A stretch of DNA of 40,932 bases from Clostridia bacterium (GTDB lineage Bacteria; Bacillota; Clostridia; DUPQ01): assembly GCA_030590175.1 (NCBI GenBank), contig JAUUZE010000002.1, positions 1 to 40,932 of the forward strand, written 5' to 3'. Under the pieces are notes generated by a model. It was not told the DNA's origin, searched no databases, and saw only the letters and a list, made by a program, of their open reading frames with translations. Of the stretch, positions 28,138 to 38,111 are shown in pieces (position 1 is the first letter of the stretch; every line of letters begins with the position of its first letter). The position numbers and the translations under genes were made by a program.

Positions 28138-28994
28138 ACTAATCTTTTTAAGTTTTTATATCCTAAAGTACAACCTAATAATGTGTCTTCTATTCCTTCA
28201 AATTCAATGGATAGAGTACCTTGATAATTGTATGTTTTCATAATATTTATACACTGAGCTAATGGAGCATCTCCATGACCAATAATTGCACCTCGCAAAT
28301 AATTTCCATATCGAGTACAAAACCACCCTTCACCTGGATTAAAAGAGCTACCTAATTTAACATGAAAATCTTTAAAATGAATATGAAAGGCATATATAAT
28401 TAAACGACCCATGGCACGCACAGGATCTTCGTCAACACACATGAAATTTCCCACATCTAAAAGCACTCCAAAATTATCATGATTTACTTCATTTACTAAT
28501 AATTCAATTCGATCACTGTCCTGAGAATATAGACCATGGTTTTCCACCATTGTTTTAATTCCTAATTCATTTGCATATGTTGTTATATCATGACAAGCTG
28601 AAGCTAACTTATCTAAATTAAAATAGAAACTTCTAGCAGCAGGATCTGAAGCTTTATAGCCAAAAGTAGCATCGTGTCTCATTTTATCTACACCTAATGC
28701 TTTAGCAATGTGAACTTCTTTTTTTATTCGCTTAATTTCATTTTGTATATTACCATCACTACCTGTTAATAAATCGGCAGGTGTAGCATAGTTTACAATA
28801 GATAAACCTTCTTGATCACAAGCTTCTTTTACTAATTTAGCTAATTGCAACTTTTTTTCACCTTTTGCTGGTAAGTTTGAAAATTCAATGGCATCATATC
28901 CAATTTCTTTGGTTTTCTTAATTACATCAAATAAATCCATTTCTTTACTTTTTAATAATTTACTATAAGCATATGAGCTAATTCCTAATTTCAT
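28122..28994 (-). CDS. Sugar phosphate isomerase/epimerase (xylose-isomerase-like TIM barrel) family protein
   Basis: 290 aa with family-typical strands (YDAIEFS, VENHG, LLDVGNF, HIHFKD, SIEFEG). Confidence 0.85.
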   Translation of the reverse strand: MKLGISSYAYSKLLKSKEMDLFDVIKKTKEIGYDAIEFSNLPAKGEKKLQLAKLVKEACDQEGLSIVNYATPADLLTGSDGNIQNEIKRIKKEVHIAKALGVDKMRHDATFGYKASDPAARSFYFNLDKLASACHDITTYANELGIKTMVENHGLYSQDSDRIELLVNEVNHDNFGVLLDVGNFMCVDEDPVRAMGRLIIYAFHIHFKDFHVKLGSSFNPGEGWFCTRYGNYLRGAIIGHGDAPLAQCINIMKTYNYQGTLSIEFEGIEDTLLGCTLGYKNLKRLVKKDE

Positions 28995-29821
28995 ATTATT
29001 CTCCTTAAAAATTGTACAGCCTTTTTAATATCTTCATAAGGCGTTTTTCCTACTTCACGTTCAATGGTTAAAAACCCATTATATCCTGAGTCACCTAATG
29101 CTTTTAAATAAGTAGGGAAGTGGACATTTCCTTCACCTAATGGCGTTTCAATAAATGCTTCATCCCATGTTTTATTATGTGTCATATATAAGTCTTCTGG
29201 TTCACATTTTAACAACATCCTACCATCTTTAGCATGAGTATGAACAATGTAGGGGGCTAAGTTTTTAACAGCTTGTATAGGATCTTCACCAATAACCATT
29301 ACTAAATTAGCAGGATCAAAGTTAACTCTAACTCCAGAACTAGTTAATGAATCTAGAAAGCCACGTAAGACAGCTGATGATTCTGGTCCTGTTTCAATGG
29401 CAAAAGAGGCATTAACTTGATCGGCATACTCTCCTAATTCTTCACAAGCTTGTTGCATAATATTATATCTTTTATTTGATTGATTTGTAGGTACAACACC
29501 TATATGAGTTGTAACAACATCACAATTTAAATCTAATGCTAAATCAATGATTTTTTTTGATAAAATAATCTTATCCTTATTTAAAGCTTGATCCACAAAA
29601 CCACCACCTAAATCACCACATAAAGCGGCGACTTTTAATCCGTGGCTAGTAATATAGTCTAATAATTCAAACCTGTCTTTTTTAGATAGATTATCAGGAT
29701 GCATAGAACCTTTGACCGCATAAATCTGAATACCATCAGCACCCACTTCTTTAGCTTTTTTAATTCCTTCATGAATGGGCAATCGAAATGAATCAACTAT
29801 AACTCCAATTTTATATGTCAT
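28991..29821 (-). CDS. Sugar phosphate isomerase/epimerase (xylose-isomerase-like TIM barrel) family protein
   Basis: 276 aa (GADGIQIY, VVTTHIG, AIETGPE, NFDPANL, HTHAKDG, TIERE). GGAGGAAG RBS. 4-nt overlap with the downstream paralog. Confidence 0.85.
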   Translation of the reverse strand: MTYKIGVIVDSFRLPIHEGIKKAKEVGADGIQIYAVKGSMHPDNLSKKDRFELLDYITSHGLKVAALCGDLGGGFVDQALNKDKIILSKKIIDLALDLNCDVVTTHIGVVPTNQSNKRYNIMQQACEELGEYADQVNASFAIETGPESSAVLRGFLDSLTSSGVRVNFDPANLVMVIGEDPIQAVKNLAPYIVHTHAKDGRMLLKCEPEDLYMTHNKTWDEAFIETPLGEGNVHFPTYLKALGDSGYNGFLTIEREVGKTPYEDIKKAVQFLRRII

Positions 29822-29873
29822 TTAAACTTCCTCCATATGATAAAGTGTACCTTAAAACTATTAATTAATCTAT

Positions 29874-29905
29874 AAAAAAAACCACCTATTTAAGATAATA
29901 GATGG
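29874..29905 (-). terminator. Intrinsic terminator after the oadB-like gene (strand-specific)
   Basis: The minus-strand RNA forms CCAUCUAU / AUAGGUGG, 8 bp including one G-U pair, with an 8-nt loop followed by U8. On the plus strand the wobble would be a C-A mismatch. Confidence 0.65.
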
Positions 29906-29930
29906 CTGAATTTATATGTATGGATAATAA

Positions 29931-31136
29931 CTATCCTAATAAACTAATTAAAATACCAGCTGCAACAGCTGAACCAATAACTCCAGCTACATTTGGTCCC
30001 ATTGCATGCATAAGTAAGTAGTTATTTGGATTTTCTTCACGACCAACTTTTTGAGAAACTCTAGCAGCCATTGGAACAGCAGAAACACCGGCTGAACCAA
30101 TTAATGGATTAATCTGATCACCTGGGAGTTTATTCATAATTTTTGCAAATATAACTCCACCAGATGTACCAATTGCAAATGCTATTAATCCTAATCCTAA
30201 AATCATCAATGTATTAAGATTTAAGAAGTTAGCAGCGGTAGCTGTTGCACCAACACCTAATCCTAATAAAATAGTAACAATATTAATTAACTCATTTTGA
30301 ATGGTTTTACTTAATCGTTCTACAACTCCAGATTCTCTAGCTAAATTACCAAGCATTAACATACCAACTAAAGGAGCAGCAGCTGGAATAAGCATAACAA
30401 CTAAGATGGTAACAACTATTGGGAATATAATTCGTTCTATTTTAGAAACAGGTCGTAATTGTTTCATAACAATTTTTCGTTCCTTTTTAGTTGTTAATAA
30501 TCTCATGATTGGTGGTTGTATAAATGGAACTAAAGCCATATATGAATATGCAGCAATAGCAATTGGACCTAATAGATTAGGAGCTAATCTACTTGCTGTA
30601 AAAATAGCAGTTGGGCCATCGGCACCACCAATGATTGCAATAGCTCCTGCCTCAGCAGCTTGAAAACCTAATAGATTGGCTCCAATGAAAGTTAGGAAAA
30701 TACCAATTTGTGCAGCTGCACCTAATAAAAAACTTTTTGGATTGGCTAGTAATGGGCCAAAGTCTGTCATTGCTCCAACTCCCATAAAAATTAGAGGAGG
30801 GAAGACACCAGTTTTAATACCAATATAGAATATGTCAAGTAATCCACCAGTTTGTAGAACTTGACCATAATCTGGATGCCAATTAACAGAATATCCAGCC
30901 ATACCTTGTTGTAAAGGATTTTGCCATAATTCTGAATGGAATAATTCACCACCAGGTAAATTAGTTAATAACATACCAAATGCAATAGGTACTAATAAAA
31001 GTGGTTCGAATTTCTTTACAATTCCTAAATAAAGCAAGAAACAAGCTAGTATAAGCATTAAAAATTCTTGCCATTGTAAATTGGCAAATCCTGAGTTTGC
31101 TAATAATTGTCCGATTCCGCTAAAAAATTCACTCAT
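29931..31136 (-). CDS. Na+-translocating decarboxylase beta subunit (OadB/GcdB/MmdB family)
   Basis: 401-aa polytopic protein with the family signatures [30 protein letters not shown] and [21 protein letters not shown]. Confidence 0.92.
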   Translation of the reverse strand: MSEFFSGIGQLLANSGFANLQWQEFLMLILACFLLYLGIVKKFEPLLLVPIAFGMLLTNLPGGELFHSELWQNPLQQGMAGYSVNWHPDYGQVLQTGGLLDIFYIGIKTGVFPPLIFMGVGAMTDFGPLLANPKSFLLGAAAQIGIFLTFIGANLLGFQAAEAGAIAIIGGADGPTAIFTASRLAPNLLGPIAIAAYSYMALVPFIQPPIMRLLTTKKERKIVMKQLRPVSKIERIIFPIVVTILVVMLIPAAAPLVGMLMLGNLARESGVVERLSKTIQNELINIVTILLGLGVGATATAANFLNLNTLMILGLGLIAFAIGTSGGVIFAKIMNKLPGDQINPLIGSAGVSAVPMAARVSQKVGREENPNNYLLMHAMGPNVAGVIGSAVAAGILISLLG

Positions 31137-31149
31137 TATATATTCCTCT

Positions 31150-31482
31150 TTATAAGCTTTCCACTAATTCTTGTTTACTAGATTCATTCCAAATAGATGA
31201 TTTAGATGTTACACGATTAAAGGTGGTAACTCTAATTTTACATTCAGGTGAAAGACCATTTGAATTTAGATATGTAGAAACCGCTGCTGTAATAACAGCA
31301 ATTAATTCATCATCACCATCTATTTCAACAGTAATTTTTTTATTAGCATTGAGCTTAATAGAGGGGGCTTTCTTACTTTTCTTTTCTCTGTTCATAATTT
31401 TTCCAAATAGGAAAATAAAGAACGATAAAGCTATTAATGCTAGAAAGACAACAGATATTCCAATGATTGCTTGCAGCCACAT
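31150..31482 (-). CDS. OadG-family decarboxylase gamma subunit
   Basis: 110 aa with an N-terminal TM helix ([22 protein letters not shown]), a Lys-rich linker and a C-terminal [14 protein letters not shown] segment. AAGGAGG RBS. It lies immediately upstream of the beta subunit. Confidence 0.8.
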   Translation of the reverse strand: MWLQAIIGISVVFLALIALSFFIFLFGKIMNREKKSKKAPSIKLNANKKITVEIDGDDELIAVITAAVSTYLNSNGLSPECKIRVTTFNRVTSKSSIWNESSKQELVESL

Positions 31483-31517
31483 AATTATGGCCTCCTTATA
31501 TCAAATATTTCCTTGAT

Positions 31518-31546
31518 AATTTACCATATACAAGCCATTTAGTCAA
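31518..31546 (-). promoter_or_regulatory. Putative sigma-A promoter of the oadG-oadB operon
   Basis: On the minus strand: TTGACT (rc of 31541-31546), 17-nt spacer, TGgTAAATT extended -10 (rc of 31518-31526). Confidence 0.55.
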
Positions 31547-31599
31547 TGAGAAACCAAGGAAAAAAGAAAATATTACCTATATATTGCATAGAGACTGGT

Positions 31600-31628
31600 T
31601 TGTAGAAAAAACAATATTATGCTATATT
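31600..31628 (+). promoter_or_regulatory. Putative promoter of ftsK
   Basis: TTGTAG (31600-31605), 17-nt spacer, TGcTATATT extended -10 (31620-31628). It would place the TSS downstream of the ORF-track ATG at 31619. Confidence 0.45.
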
Positions 31629-31663
31629 TAATGGGTAATCAATTATGTAATTGGAGTATTACT

Positions 31664-34018
31664 ATGGCACAAAAGAAAAAACCTCGGAAAAAGAGTTCAC
31701 CAATCAATGCAAAAACTAATCAAGCATTAATGAAAGAGATAGTTGGAATTATTATTCTAGCTGCTGGTATTTTGTTGTTTTTTGGTATCTTTTTTGAAAA
31801 GTCTACAGGTGTATTTGGCACATTTATTTCAGGATTCCTTTCAGGATTACTTGGGTGGACTAATAAATTATTTCCATTTGTTGTTATTGTTTTAGGGCTT
31901 TATATGATATTTACTGGAATGACTGACAAATTGCGAAATAAGTCTGCATACTATGTAGCCATGGTGCTGTTGGTGTCTAGTTTTTTCCATATTGTATATT
32001 TACAAAACAATCCATCTATTTATAATAATTTATCATTTTTTGAAGTAATCAGTAAATTTTATGTTGATGGTACTAATATCTTAGGAGGCGGATTTTTTGG
32101 TGGAATAATTATTACTCCACTTAAAGCTATCTTTGGTATTGCAGGTGTTTATGTTATTACAATTTCATTATCTATAATAAATATAATATTATTTACTAAT
32201 AGAAGTTTTAAAAACTTTATAATTAATTGTAAAAAAGTATTTGTGAGATTTGGAAAATGGATGGCAGATAGTTTCCGTCCTATTTCTGATCAAATATCTG
32301 ACCAAGAGAAAAGAGATAGACGAAGAAATAAGAAAAAATCAAAAATGACTGACGAAGATGATGATTATTATCAAGAAGAATTAGAACTTAAAAAAGAAAA
32401 ACAAATTAATTTCACTGTTGATGAGAAGAAAAAAGTGAAAAATTCCAATAAAATGGCTAGAAAACAAAAACCATTGAGACAACCAAATAATCCTATTGTT
32501 ACAAAAACTCAAACTGAAAAAGTTATAAAAGAAATCAAAGATGTTCCTAGTAAAGTATTATCAGGATATAAAACTCCACCACTTAATTTATTAGATGATG
32601 CCATATCAGATAGTAGTAAAACGAATAATTCTGTTCAGATTGCTAAAAAACTTGAAGAAACACTTGCAAGTTTTGGTGTAGAAGCAAAGGTTGTTGATTT
32701 TTCTAGAGGACCTTCTGTTACACGTTATGAGTTACAACCAAAAGTTGGAGTAAAAGTTAGTAGAATTACTAATTTATCTGATGATATTGCCTTGAATTTA
32801 GCAGCTAGGGATGTGCGAATTGAAGCACCAGTACCAGGAAAAGCTGTAGTTGGTATTGAAGTACCTAATAAAGAGAAGTCCATTGTTTCATTAAAAGAAG
32901 TTATTGGTTCAAATGAGTTCCAACAACATAGTAGTCCAATTGCTGTATCAATCGGTAAAGATATTGGTGGAAAAGTAGTAGTAGCAGATATTAAAAAAAT
33001 GCCACATATGTTAATAGCTGGAGCAACAGGTTCTGGAAAAAGCGTATGTATTAATTGTATTATTATTAGTATCTTATATAAATCATCACCAGAAGATGTG
33101 AAGTTATTAATGATTGATCCTAAGAAAGTAGAATTAGGAAACTATAATGGTATACCTCATTTATTAATTCCTGTAGTAAATAATGTTAAAAAGGCAGCTG
33201 GAGCATTAAACTGGGCAGTTGTTGAAATGACTAGTCGATATGATAAGTTTTCAGAAGTTGGTGCTAGAGATATTGCATCTTATAACAAGAAAATTGAAAA
33301 TATGCCTGAGCATAAAAAATTACCTCACATTGTTATTATTATTGATGAATTAGCTGACTTAATGGCTTCAGCTCCCGGTGAAATAGAAGATTCTATTTGC
33401 CGTTTAGCTCAATTGGCTAGAGCTGCTGGAATGCATTTAGTTATTGCAACTCAGAGACCTTCTGTAAATGTTATAACGGGACTTATCAAAGCTAATATAC
33501 CATCAAGGATTTCTTTTGCAGTTGTATCACATATTGATTCTAGAACTATTTTAGATATGGCAGGAGCCGAAAAACTTTTAGGTATGGGAGATATGCTGTT
33601 TCATCCAATTGGTATGTCAAAACCTGTAAGAGTACAGGGAGCATATATTGATGATACAGAAATCACGCGAGTTGTTTCCTTTATTAAAGAACAATCAGAA
33701 GCTAACTATAATCAAGATGTTATTGAAGAAATAAATAGTAAAGATAAAAGCAATAAAAAAGGTGGCGTTTCCAACGAAGTTGATGAACACCTACCATATG
33801 CTGTTGACATGATTATTGAGGCAGGTAGTGCATCAGTATCGTTTATACAACGTAAGTTCAAAGTAGGCTATGCTAGAGCTGCTAGAATTATTGATCAGAT
33901 GGAAGAGCGAGGAATAGTAGGACCATTTGAAGGTTCAAAACCAAGACAAGTGCTTATTTCGCGAGATGAGTGGGCTGAAATGCAAATGCAAAATCCAGCT
34001 GATTACCAAGTGAATTAG
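31664..34018 (+). CDS. ftsK: DNA translocase FtsK/SpoIIIE
   Basis: N-terminal TM domain, a charged linker, a motor domain ([28 protein letters not shown]) and a C-terminal gamma wHTH ([24 protein letters not shown]). I start the gene at the ATG at 31664 ([10 protein letters not shown]), which has GGAG 7 nt upstream, rather than at 31619. Confidence 0.93.
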   Translation: MAQKKKPRKKSSPINAKTNQALMKEIVGIIILAAGILLFFGIFFEKSTGVFGTFISGFLSGLLGWTNKLFPFVVIVLGLYMIFTGMTDKLRNKSAYYVAMVLLVSSFFHIVYLQNNPSIYNNLSFFEVISKFYVDGTNILGGGFFGGIIITPLKAIFGIAGVYVITISLSIINIILFTNRSFKNFIINCKKVFVRFGKWMADSFRPISDQISDQEKRDRRRNKKKSKMTDEDDDYYQEELELKKEKQINFTVDEKKKVKNSNKMARKQKPLRQPNNPIVTKTQTEKVIKEIKDVPSKVLSGYKTPPLNLLDDAISDSSKTNNSVQIAKKLEETLASFGVEAKVVDFSRGPSVTRYELQPKVGVKVSRITNLSDDIALNLAARDVRIEAPVPGKAVVGIEVPNKEKSIVSLKEVIGSNEFQQHSSPIAVSIGKDIGGKVVVADIKKMPHMLIAGATGSGKSVCINCIIISILYKSSPEDVKLLMIDPKKVELGNYNGIPHLLIPVVNNVKKAAGALNWAVVEMTSRYDKFSEVGARDIASYNKKIENMPEHKKLPHIVIIIDELADLMASAPGEIEDSICRLAQLARAAGMHLVIATQRPSVNVITGLIKANIPSRISFAVVSHIDSRTILDMAGAEKLLGMGDMLFHPIGMSKPVRVQGAYIDDTEITRVVSFIKEQSEANYNQDVIEEINSKDKSNKKGGVSNEVDEHLPYAVDMIIEAGSASVSFIQRKFKVGYARAARIIDQMEERGIVGPFEGSKPRQVLISRDEWAEMQMQNPADYQVN

Positions 34019-35773
34019 ATGACTTTTTTACCAGTAAATAAAGAAGATATGGCAAAAAGAGGCTGGGAACAGTTGGACTTTTTGTATATTACGGGTGATG
34101 CATATGTGGATCATCCTTCTTTTGGGCTAGGGATTATTTCTAGAGTTTTAGAAAGCCATGGATATAAGATTGGGATTTTGCCTCAACCTGATGTCAAATC
34201 ACCACAACTTATTAGTAAAATGGGAAAACCTAAGTTAGGTATTTTAGTTTCTGCAGGTGTGTTAGATTCAATGGTCAATAATTATACTGCATCTAAAAAG
34301 CCTAGAAAAGTTGATCGCTATTCACCCTTAAAAGGACCATATAAAAAACCAGACCGAGCGTTAATTGTATATTGTAATATGATTAAACAAGTATACAAGG
34401 ATCTTCCAATTATAATTGGGGGAATAGAGGCAGGTCTTAGACGATTTGCACATTACGATTTCTGGTCCAATAAAGTAAGACGTTCTATTATCTTTGATAC
34501 ACGAGCAGATTTACTAATTTATGGTATGGGTGAAAAAACAATTATAGAAGTAGCCAATCGATTAAGAGATAATAAACCACTTACAAATATTCGTTCTACT
34601 GCAATTATTACGAAAACCATTCCAGAAGAAGCTTTAGTTATACCTTCATTTGAACAAGTAAAAGAAAGTAAACAGCAATTTACTAAAGCATTTTCCATGG
34701 TTTACTATGAACAAGACCCATTCTCAGGGAAAACAATTGCACAAGCCCATGGTGATAGGTTTTTATTAAATTACCCACCCGCCCTCCCATTAAAGGAAGA
34801 AGAGATGGATCAAATCTATGATTTGCCATATGAAAGAAAATATCATCCTATGTATGAGGAATTAGGTGGAATAAAAGCTATTGAAGAAGTAAAAACTTCA
34901 ATTACCAGTCATAGGGGTTGTTTTGGAGGTTGTCATTTTTGTTCTATAGTTTTTCATCAAGGACGAATTATTCAAAAAAGAAGCAAAAAATCCATTTTAG
35001 CCGAAGGAAAAAGAATAATAAATGCTAAAGATTTCAAAGGATATATAAATGATGTAGGTGGTCCTACTGCTAACTTTAGAAATGCATATTGTACAAATAC
35101 TAAGCAAAAGGGGATGTGTCGTCATAAACAATGTTTGTATCCCACAGTATGTAAATATTTAAAAATTGACCATAGCGAATACCTATTAGTACTTACTGCA
35201 CTACGAAAGATGGAAGGTGTTAAGAAAGTATTTGTAAAATCAGGAATTAGATATGACTACTTATTAGAGGATAATGATAGGTTTTTAGAAGAATTGTGTA
35301 AACACCATATAAGTGGTCAGTTAAAAGTAGCTCCTGAACATGCTAGTACACACGTTCTTGATTTAATGGGTAAACCATCTATTAAAGAATATCTTATTTT
35401 TAAAGAAAAATATGAAAAAATAAATAAGCGAATACAAAAAAAACAATATTTAATCCCATATTTGATTTCAGGACATCCAGGTGAGACCATAAAAGATTGT
35501 ATTGAAGTTACAGAGTTTTTATTAAATCAACGGTTTATACCTGATCAAATTCAAGATTTTTATCCCACACCTGGAACAGTGTCTACTTGTATGTATTATA
35601 CAGGGATTCACCCATTAACTTTGAAAAAAGTTGTTGTTCCTAAAGGGGAAGAGCAAAGAAAAATAAGACGAGCATTAATTCAGTTTAATCACCCTTTAAA
35701 TAGAAAATTAGCACGAAGTGTTTTATTAAAAGAACATCGAGATGACCTTGTCAAAAGAATTAATAGAAAGTAA
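34019..35773 (+). CDS. YgiQ-family (UPF0313) radical SAM protein
   Basis: 584 aa with the characteristic N-terminus (FLPVNKEDMAKRGWEQLDFLYITGDAYVDHPSFG) and a CFGGCHFC radical SAM cluster motif. The start directly abuts the ftsK stop. Confidence 0.9.
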   Translation: MTFLPVNKEDMAKRGWEQLDFLYITGDAYVDHPSFGLGIISRVLESHGYKIGILPQPDVKSPQLISKMGKPKLGILVSAGVLDSMVNNYTASKKPRKVDRYSPLKGPYKKPDRALIVYCNMIKQVYKDLPIIIGGIEAGLRRFAHYDFWSNKVRRSIIFDTRADLLIYGMGEKTIIEVANRLRDNKPLTNIRSTAIITKTIPEEALVIPSFEQVKESKQQFTKAFSMVYYEQDPFSGKTIAQAHGDRFLLNYPPALPLKEEEMDQIYDLPYERKYHPMYEELGGIKAIEEVKTSITSHRGCFGGCHFCSIVFHQGRIIQKRSKKSILAEGKRIINAKDFKGYINDVGGPTANFRNAYCTNTKQKGMCRHKQCLYPTVCKYLKIDHSEYLLVLTALRKMEGVKKVFVKSGIRYDYLLEDNDRFLEELCKHHISGQLKVAPEHASTHVLDLMGKPSIKEYLIFKEKYEKINKRIQKKQYLIPYLISGHPGETIKDCIEVTEFLLNQRFIPDQIQDFYPTPGTVSTCMYYTGIHPLTLKKVVVPKGEEQRKIRRALIQFNHPLNRKLARSVLLKEHRDDLVKRINRK

Positions 35774-35809
35774 AATAACAGTAACTAAGAAATGATTGGA
35801 GAAACTTAA

Positions 35810-37084
35810 TTGAAATTTGCCATTACTACTTTAGGTTGTAAAGTTAATCAGTATGAAAGTGATGCCATGAGCAATCAACTATTAGCTCATGGCTATGAAT
35901 TAGTTAAATTTAGCAGTGATGCTGATTTATATATAATTAATACATGTACTGTTACAGAAATGGCTGCAAAAAAATCTAGACAAATGGCTAGAAAAGCTAA
36001 GAGGACTAATGAGCGTGCAATAGTAGTTGTTACAGGTTGTTTAGCACAAAATACACCTAATGAAGTAAAGCAATTAACAAAAGCAGATATTGTTATTGGA
36101 AATCAAGAAAAAAGCAAATTAGTTGAATATATAAAAGAACACATTAGCCATGTAGAAAATATTATGTCTATCACTACTTTTGATGAGATGGGTGATACGT
36201 TTGCATCAACACGTACAAGGGCATATGTGAAAATACAAGATGGTTGTGTTAATTTTTGTACTTATTGTATTATTCCATATGTCAGAGGACCAGTTAGAAG
36301 CCGTCAGATGTCTTCTATTGTAAATGAAGTTGTTAATTTGACTAATAGGGGAATTAAAGAAGTTGTGCTGACAGGTATACACCTTGATTCGTATGGAAGT
36401 GATTTGCAATCAGATACCTTGCTAGATGTACTGCACGAACTGGATAAAATAAAGTTATTAAGACGAATAAGACTTAGTTCATTAGAACCTACAGTTATCA
36501 CTCGCGATTTTATCAAGCAAGTTAAAAAAATGGATAAATTCTGCCATCACTTTCACCTGTCATTACAGGCGGGGTGTGATAAAACATTAAAGAGAATGAA
36601 TAGAAAATATAACATTAGTGATTTTAATAGAGCAGCTTCACTTATTTATGAGCAATTACCTGATTGTTCAATAACCACAGATATAATTGTTGGTTTTCCA
36701 GGTGAAACTGAAGATGATTTTTTAAAAAGCATGACATTTATTAAAGGAATAAAATTTTTAAAAGTACATGTTTTTCCTTTTTCAAAACGTAAAGGAACAA
36801 AAGCATATGATATGGTTGATCAAATAACAAAACAAGTAAAAAGTGATAGAGCAAAACGATTATCACATTTATCAGAAAAGATGACATATGATTTTCTTGA
36901 TACTTATGTTGGGAAAAAAGTAAGTGTATTAACAGAAGAATTTGAAGGTAAATATATGAAAGGACATACCATGAACTATATAACTGTTCTTATAGATAAT
37001 AAAGAAGTTAAAGAAAATATTGAGATAACAGTTATTATTAAAGAAAATTGTGGTACCTATTTAAAAGGTGTTATTGATGGATAA
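35810..37084 (+). CDS. mtaB: tRNA (N6-threonylcarbamoyl-A37) methylthiotransferase MtaB
   Basis: Contains the UPF0004 N-terminal domain (TLGCKVNQYESD), the radical SAM motif CVNFCTYC and a C-terminal TRAM-like domain. TTG start preceded by GGAG. Confidence 0.9.
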   Translation: MKFAITTLGCKVNQYESDAMSNQLLAHGYELVKFSSDADLYIINTCTVTEMAAKKSRQMARKAKRTNERAIVVVTGCLAQNTPNEVKQLTKADIVIGNQEKSKLVEYIKEHISHVENIMSITTFDEMGDTFASTRTRAYVKIQDGCVNFCTYCIIPYVRGPVRSRQMSSIVNEVVNLTNRGIKEVVLTGIHLDSYGSDLQSDTLLDVLHELDKIKLLRRIRLSSLEPTVITRDFIKQVKKMDKFCHHFHLSLQAGCDKTLKRMNRKYNISDFNRAASLIYEQLPDCSITTDIIVGFPGETEDDFLKSMTFIKGIKFLKVHVFPFSKRKGTKAYDMVDQITKQVKSDRAKRLSHLSEKMTYDFLDTYVGKKVSVLTEEFEGKYMKGHTMNYITVLIDNKEVKENIEITVIIKENCGTYLKGVIDG

Positions 37085-37793
37085 AGAAGTTCAATCTGAA
37101 AAATTAAAAAAGCGACGATATATTGTACTTGGAATTGTAGTTATAATTTTGGTTGTATTTTTTTCAACTTCCTTTGGTAGACAAGCGATAACACAAATTA
37201 GTAGAGTATTTTCTTCACAAGATGAATTACAAGAGTATGTTGAAGGATATGGGATATTAGCTCCATTGATTTTTTTATTAATCCAGATAATTCAAGTTAT
37301 TATAGCACCTATTCCAGGTAATGTAACCACATTAGCAGGTGGTGCAATATTCGGAGTGTGGGAAGGTTTCTTATATGGTGCTATTGGTATTTTTGTAGGT
37401 TCAATCATTGGTTATTGGTTAGCTAGATTTTTTGGGAAACCCTTAGTTGTTAAACTAGTTGGTAATGAAACATATAATAAGTACTCTGATACATTTTTTG
37501 GGCGAAGCTTTATTGTACTATTAACAGTATTTCTATTTCCTTTTTTCCCAGATGATGCTCTTTGTTTAATTGCTGGTGTTTCTAAAATTAAATTTGGTCT
37601 ATTTACTATTTTGGTAGTAATAGGTAGAACTCCTGGCATATTATTATCAAGTTATATTGGGGCAGGTGTTATTAAATTGGCTCTTTGGCAATGGGTGGTT
37701 ATTGGCATAATTTCCATATCATTAATTACCTTATCTATTAAATTTGGAGAAAAGGTGGAAATTTACTTTAAAAAGATATATAAAAGTTTATAA
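37068..37793 (+). CDS. TVP38/TMEM64 (DedA-related, SNARE-associated) family membrane protein
   Basis: 241 aa with multiple TM segments and the family motifs IPGNVTTLAGGAIFG and FPFFPDDALCLIAG. 17-nt overlap with mtaB. Confidence 0.85.
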   Translation: MLLMDKEVQSEKLKKRRYIVLGIVVIILVVFFSTSFGRQAITQISRVFSSQDELQEYVEGYGILAPLIFLLIQIIQVIIAPIPGNVTTLAGGAIFGVWEGFLYGAIGIFVGSIIGYWLARFFGKPLVVKLVGNETYNKYSDTFFGRSFIVLLTVFLFPFFPDDALCLIAGVSKIKFGLFTILVVIGRTPGILLSSYIGAGVIKLALWQWVVIGIISISLITLSIKFGEKVEIYFKKIYKSL

Positions 37794-37799
37794 CATCAG

Positions 37800-37828
37800 T
37801 TGAAGTTATGACTAAAATAGAATACTAT
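37800..37828 (+). promoter_or_regulatory. Putative promoter of the ireB-ruvX cluster
   Basis: TTGAAG (37800-37805), 17-nt spacer, TACTAT (37823-37828). GGAGGGG RBS before the ATG at 37857. Confidence 0.5.
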
Positions 37829-37856
37829 TAGATATATAAAACGGAGGGGACAACTA

Positions 37857-38111
37857 ATGAAAGGCGAAACAATTGATTACAATTTTTTATCTGAAAAAGA
37901 AGATAAAGCTAGGGAAATTATTAGTATAGTAGCAGCTGCATTGAAAGAAAAAGGTTATAATCCTGTTAATCAGATTGCTGGTTATCTTATGTCAGGTGAT
38001 CCAACATATATTACTAGTTTTAATGGCGCAAGAAAAGCCATTAGACAATTAGAACGAGATGAGATTATTGAAGAATTAGTAAAAAATTATATTTTAGCTA
38101 TTAATGAATAA
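37857..38111 (+). CDS. ireB: IreB-family regulatory phosphoprotein (UPF0297)
   Basis: 84 aa containing [47 protein letters not shown], the highly conserved IreB/YrzL core. Confidence 0.88.
   Translation: MKGETIDYNFLSEKEDKAREIISIVAAALKEKGYNPVNQIAGYLMSGDPTYITSFNGARKAIRQLERDEIIEELVKNYILAINE

Noticed and set aside
30301-30663. 120-aa plus-strand ORF antisense to oadB. The same judgement applies to the other short shadow ORFs in the track: 251-454, 1840-2064, 3045-3233, 3947-4171, 4748-4951, 5711-5926, 6022-6210, 9754-9984, 10012-10218, 12295-12540, 17966-18148, 21085-21339, 23349-23618, 25857-26093, 26418-26714, 31223-31516, 36206-36409, 36304-36516, 37412-37639, 38490-38672, 39747-39959 and 40188-40433.
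   Set aside because: All are nested in, or antisense to, longer ORFs with clear family identity. They lack an SD and have shadow-frame composition.
31619-31663. ORF-track N-terminal extensions: FtsK from 31619, RuvX from the GTG at 39054, DUF1292 from 39460, the ABC ATPase from 4710, and the hypothetical protein from the TTG at 7021
   Set aside because: In each case a downstream ATG is preceded by a properly spaced SD. The extension overlaps that SD, a predicted promoter or the upstream gene. I chose the downstream starts, with residual uncertainty.
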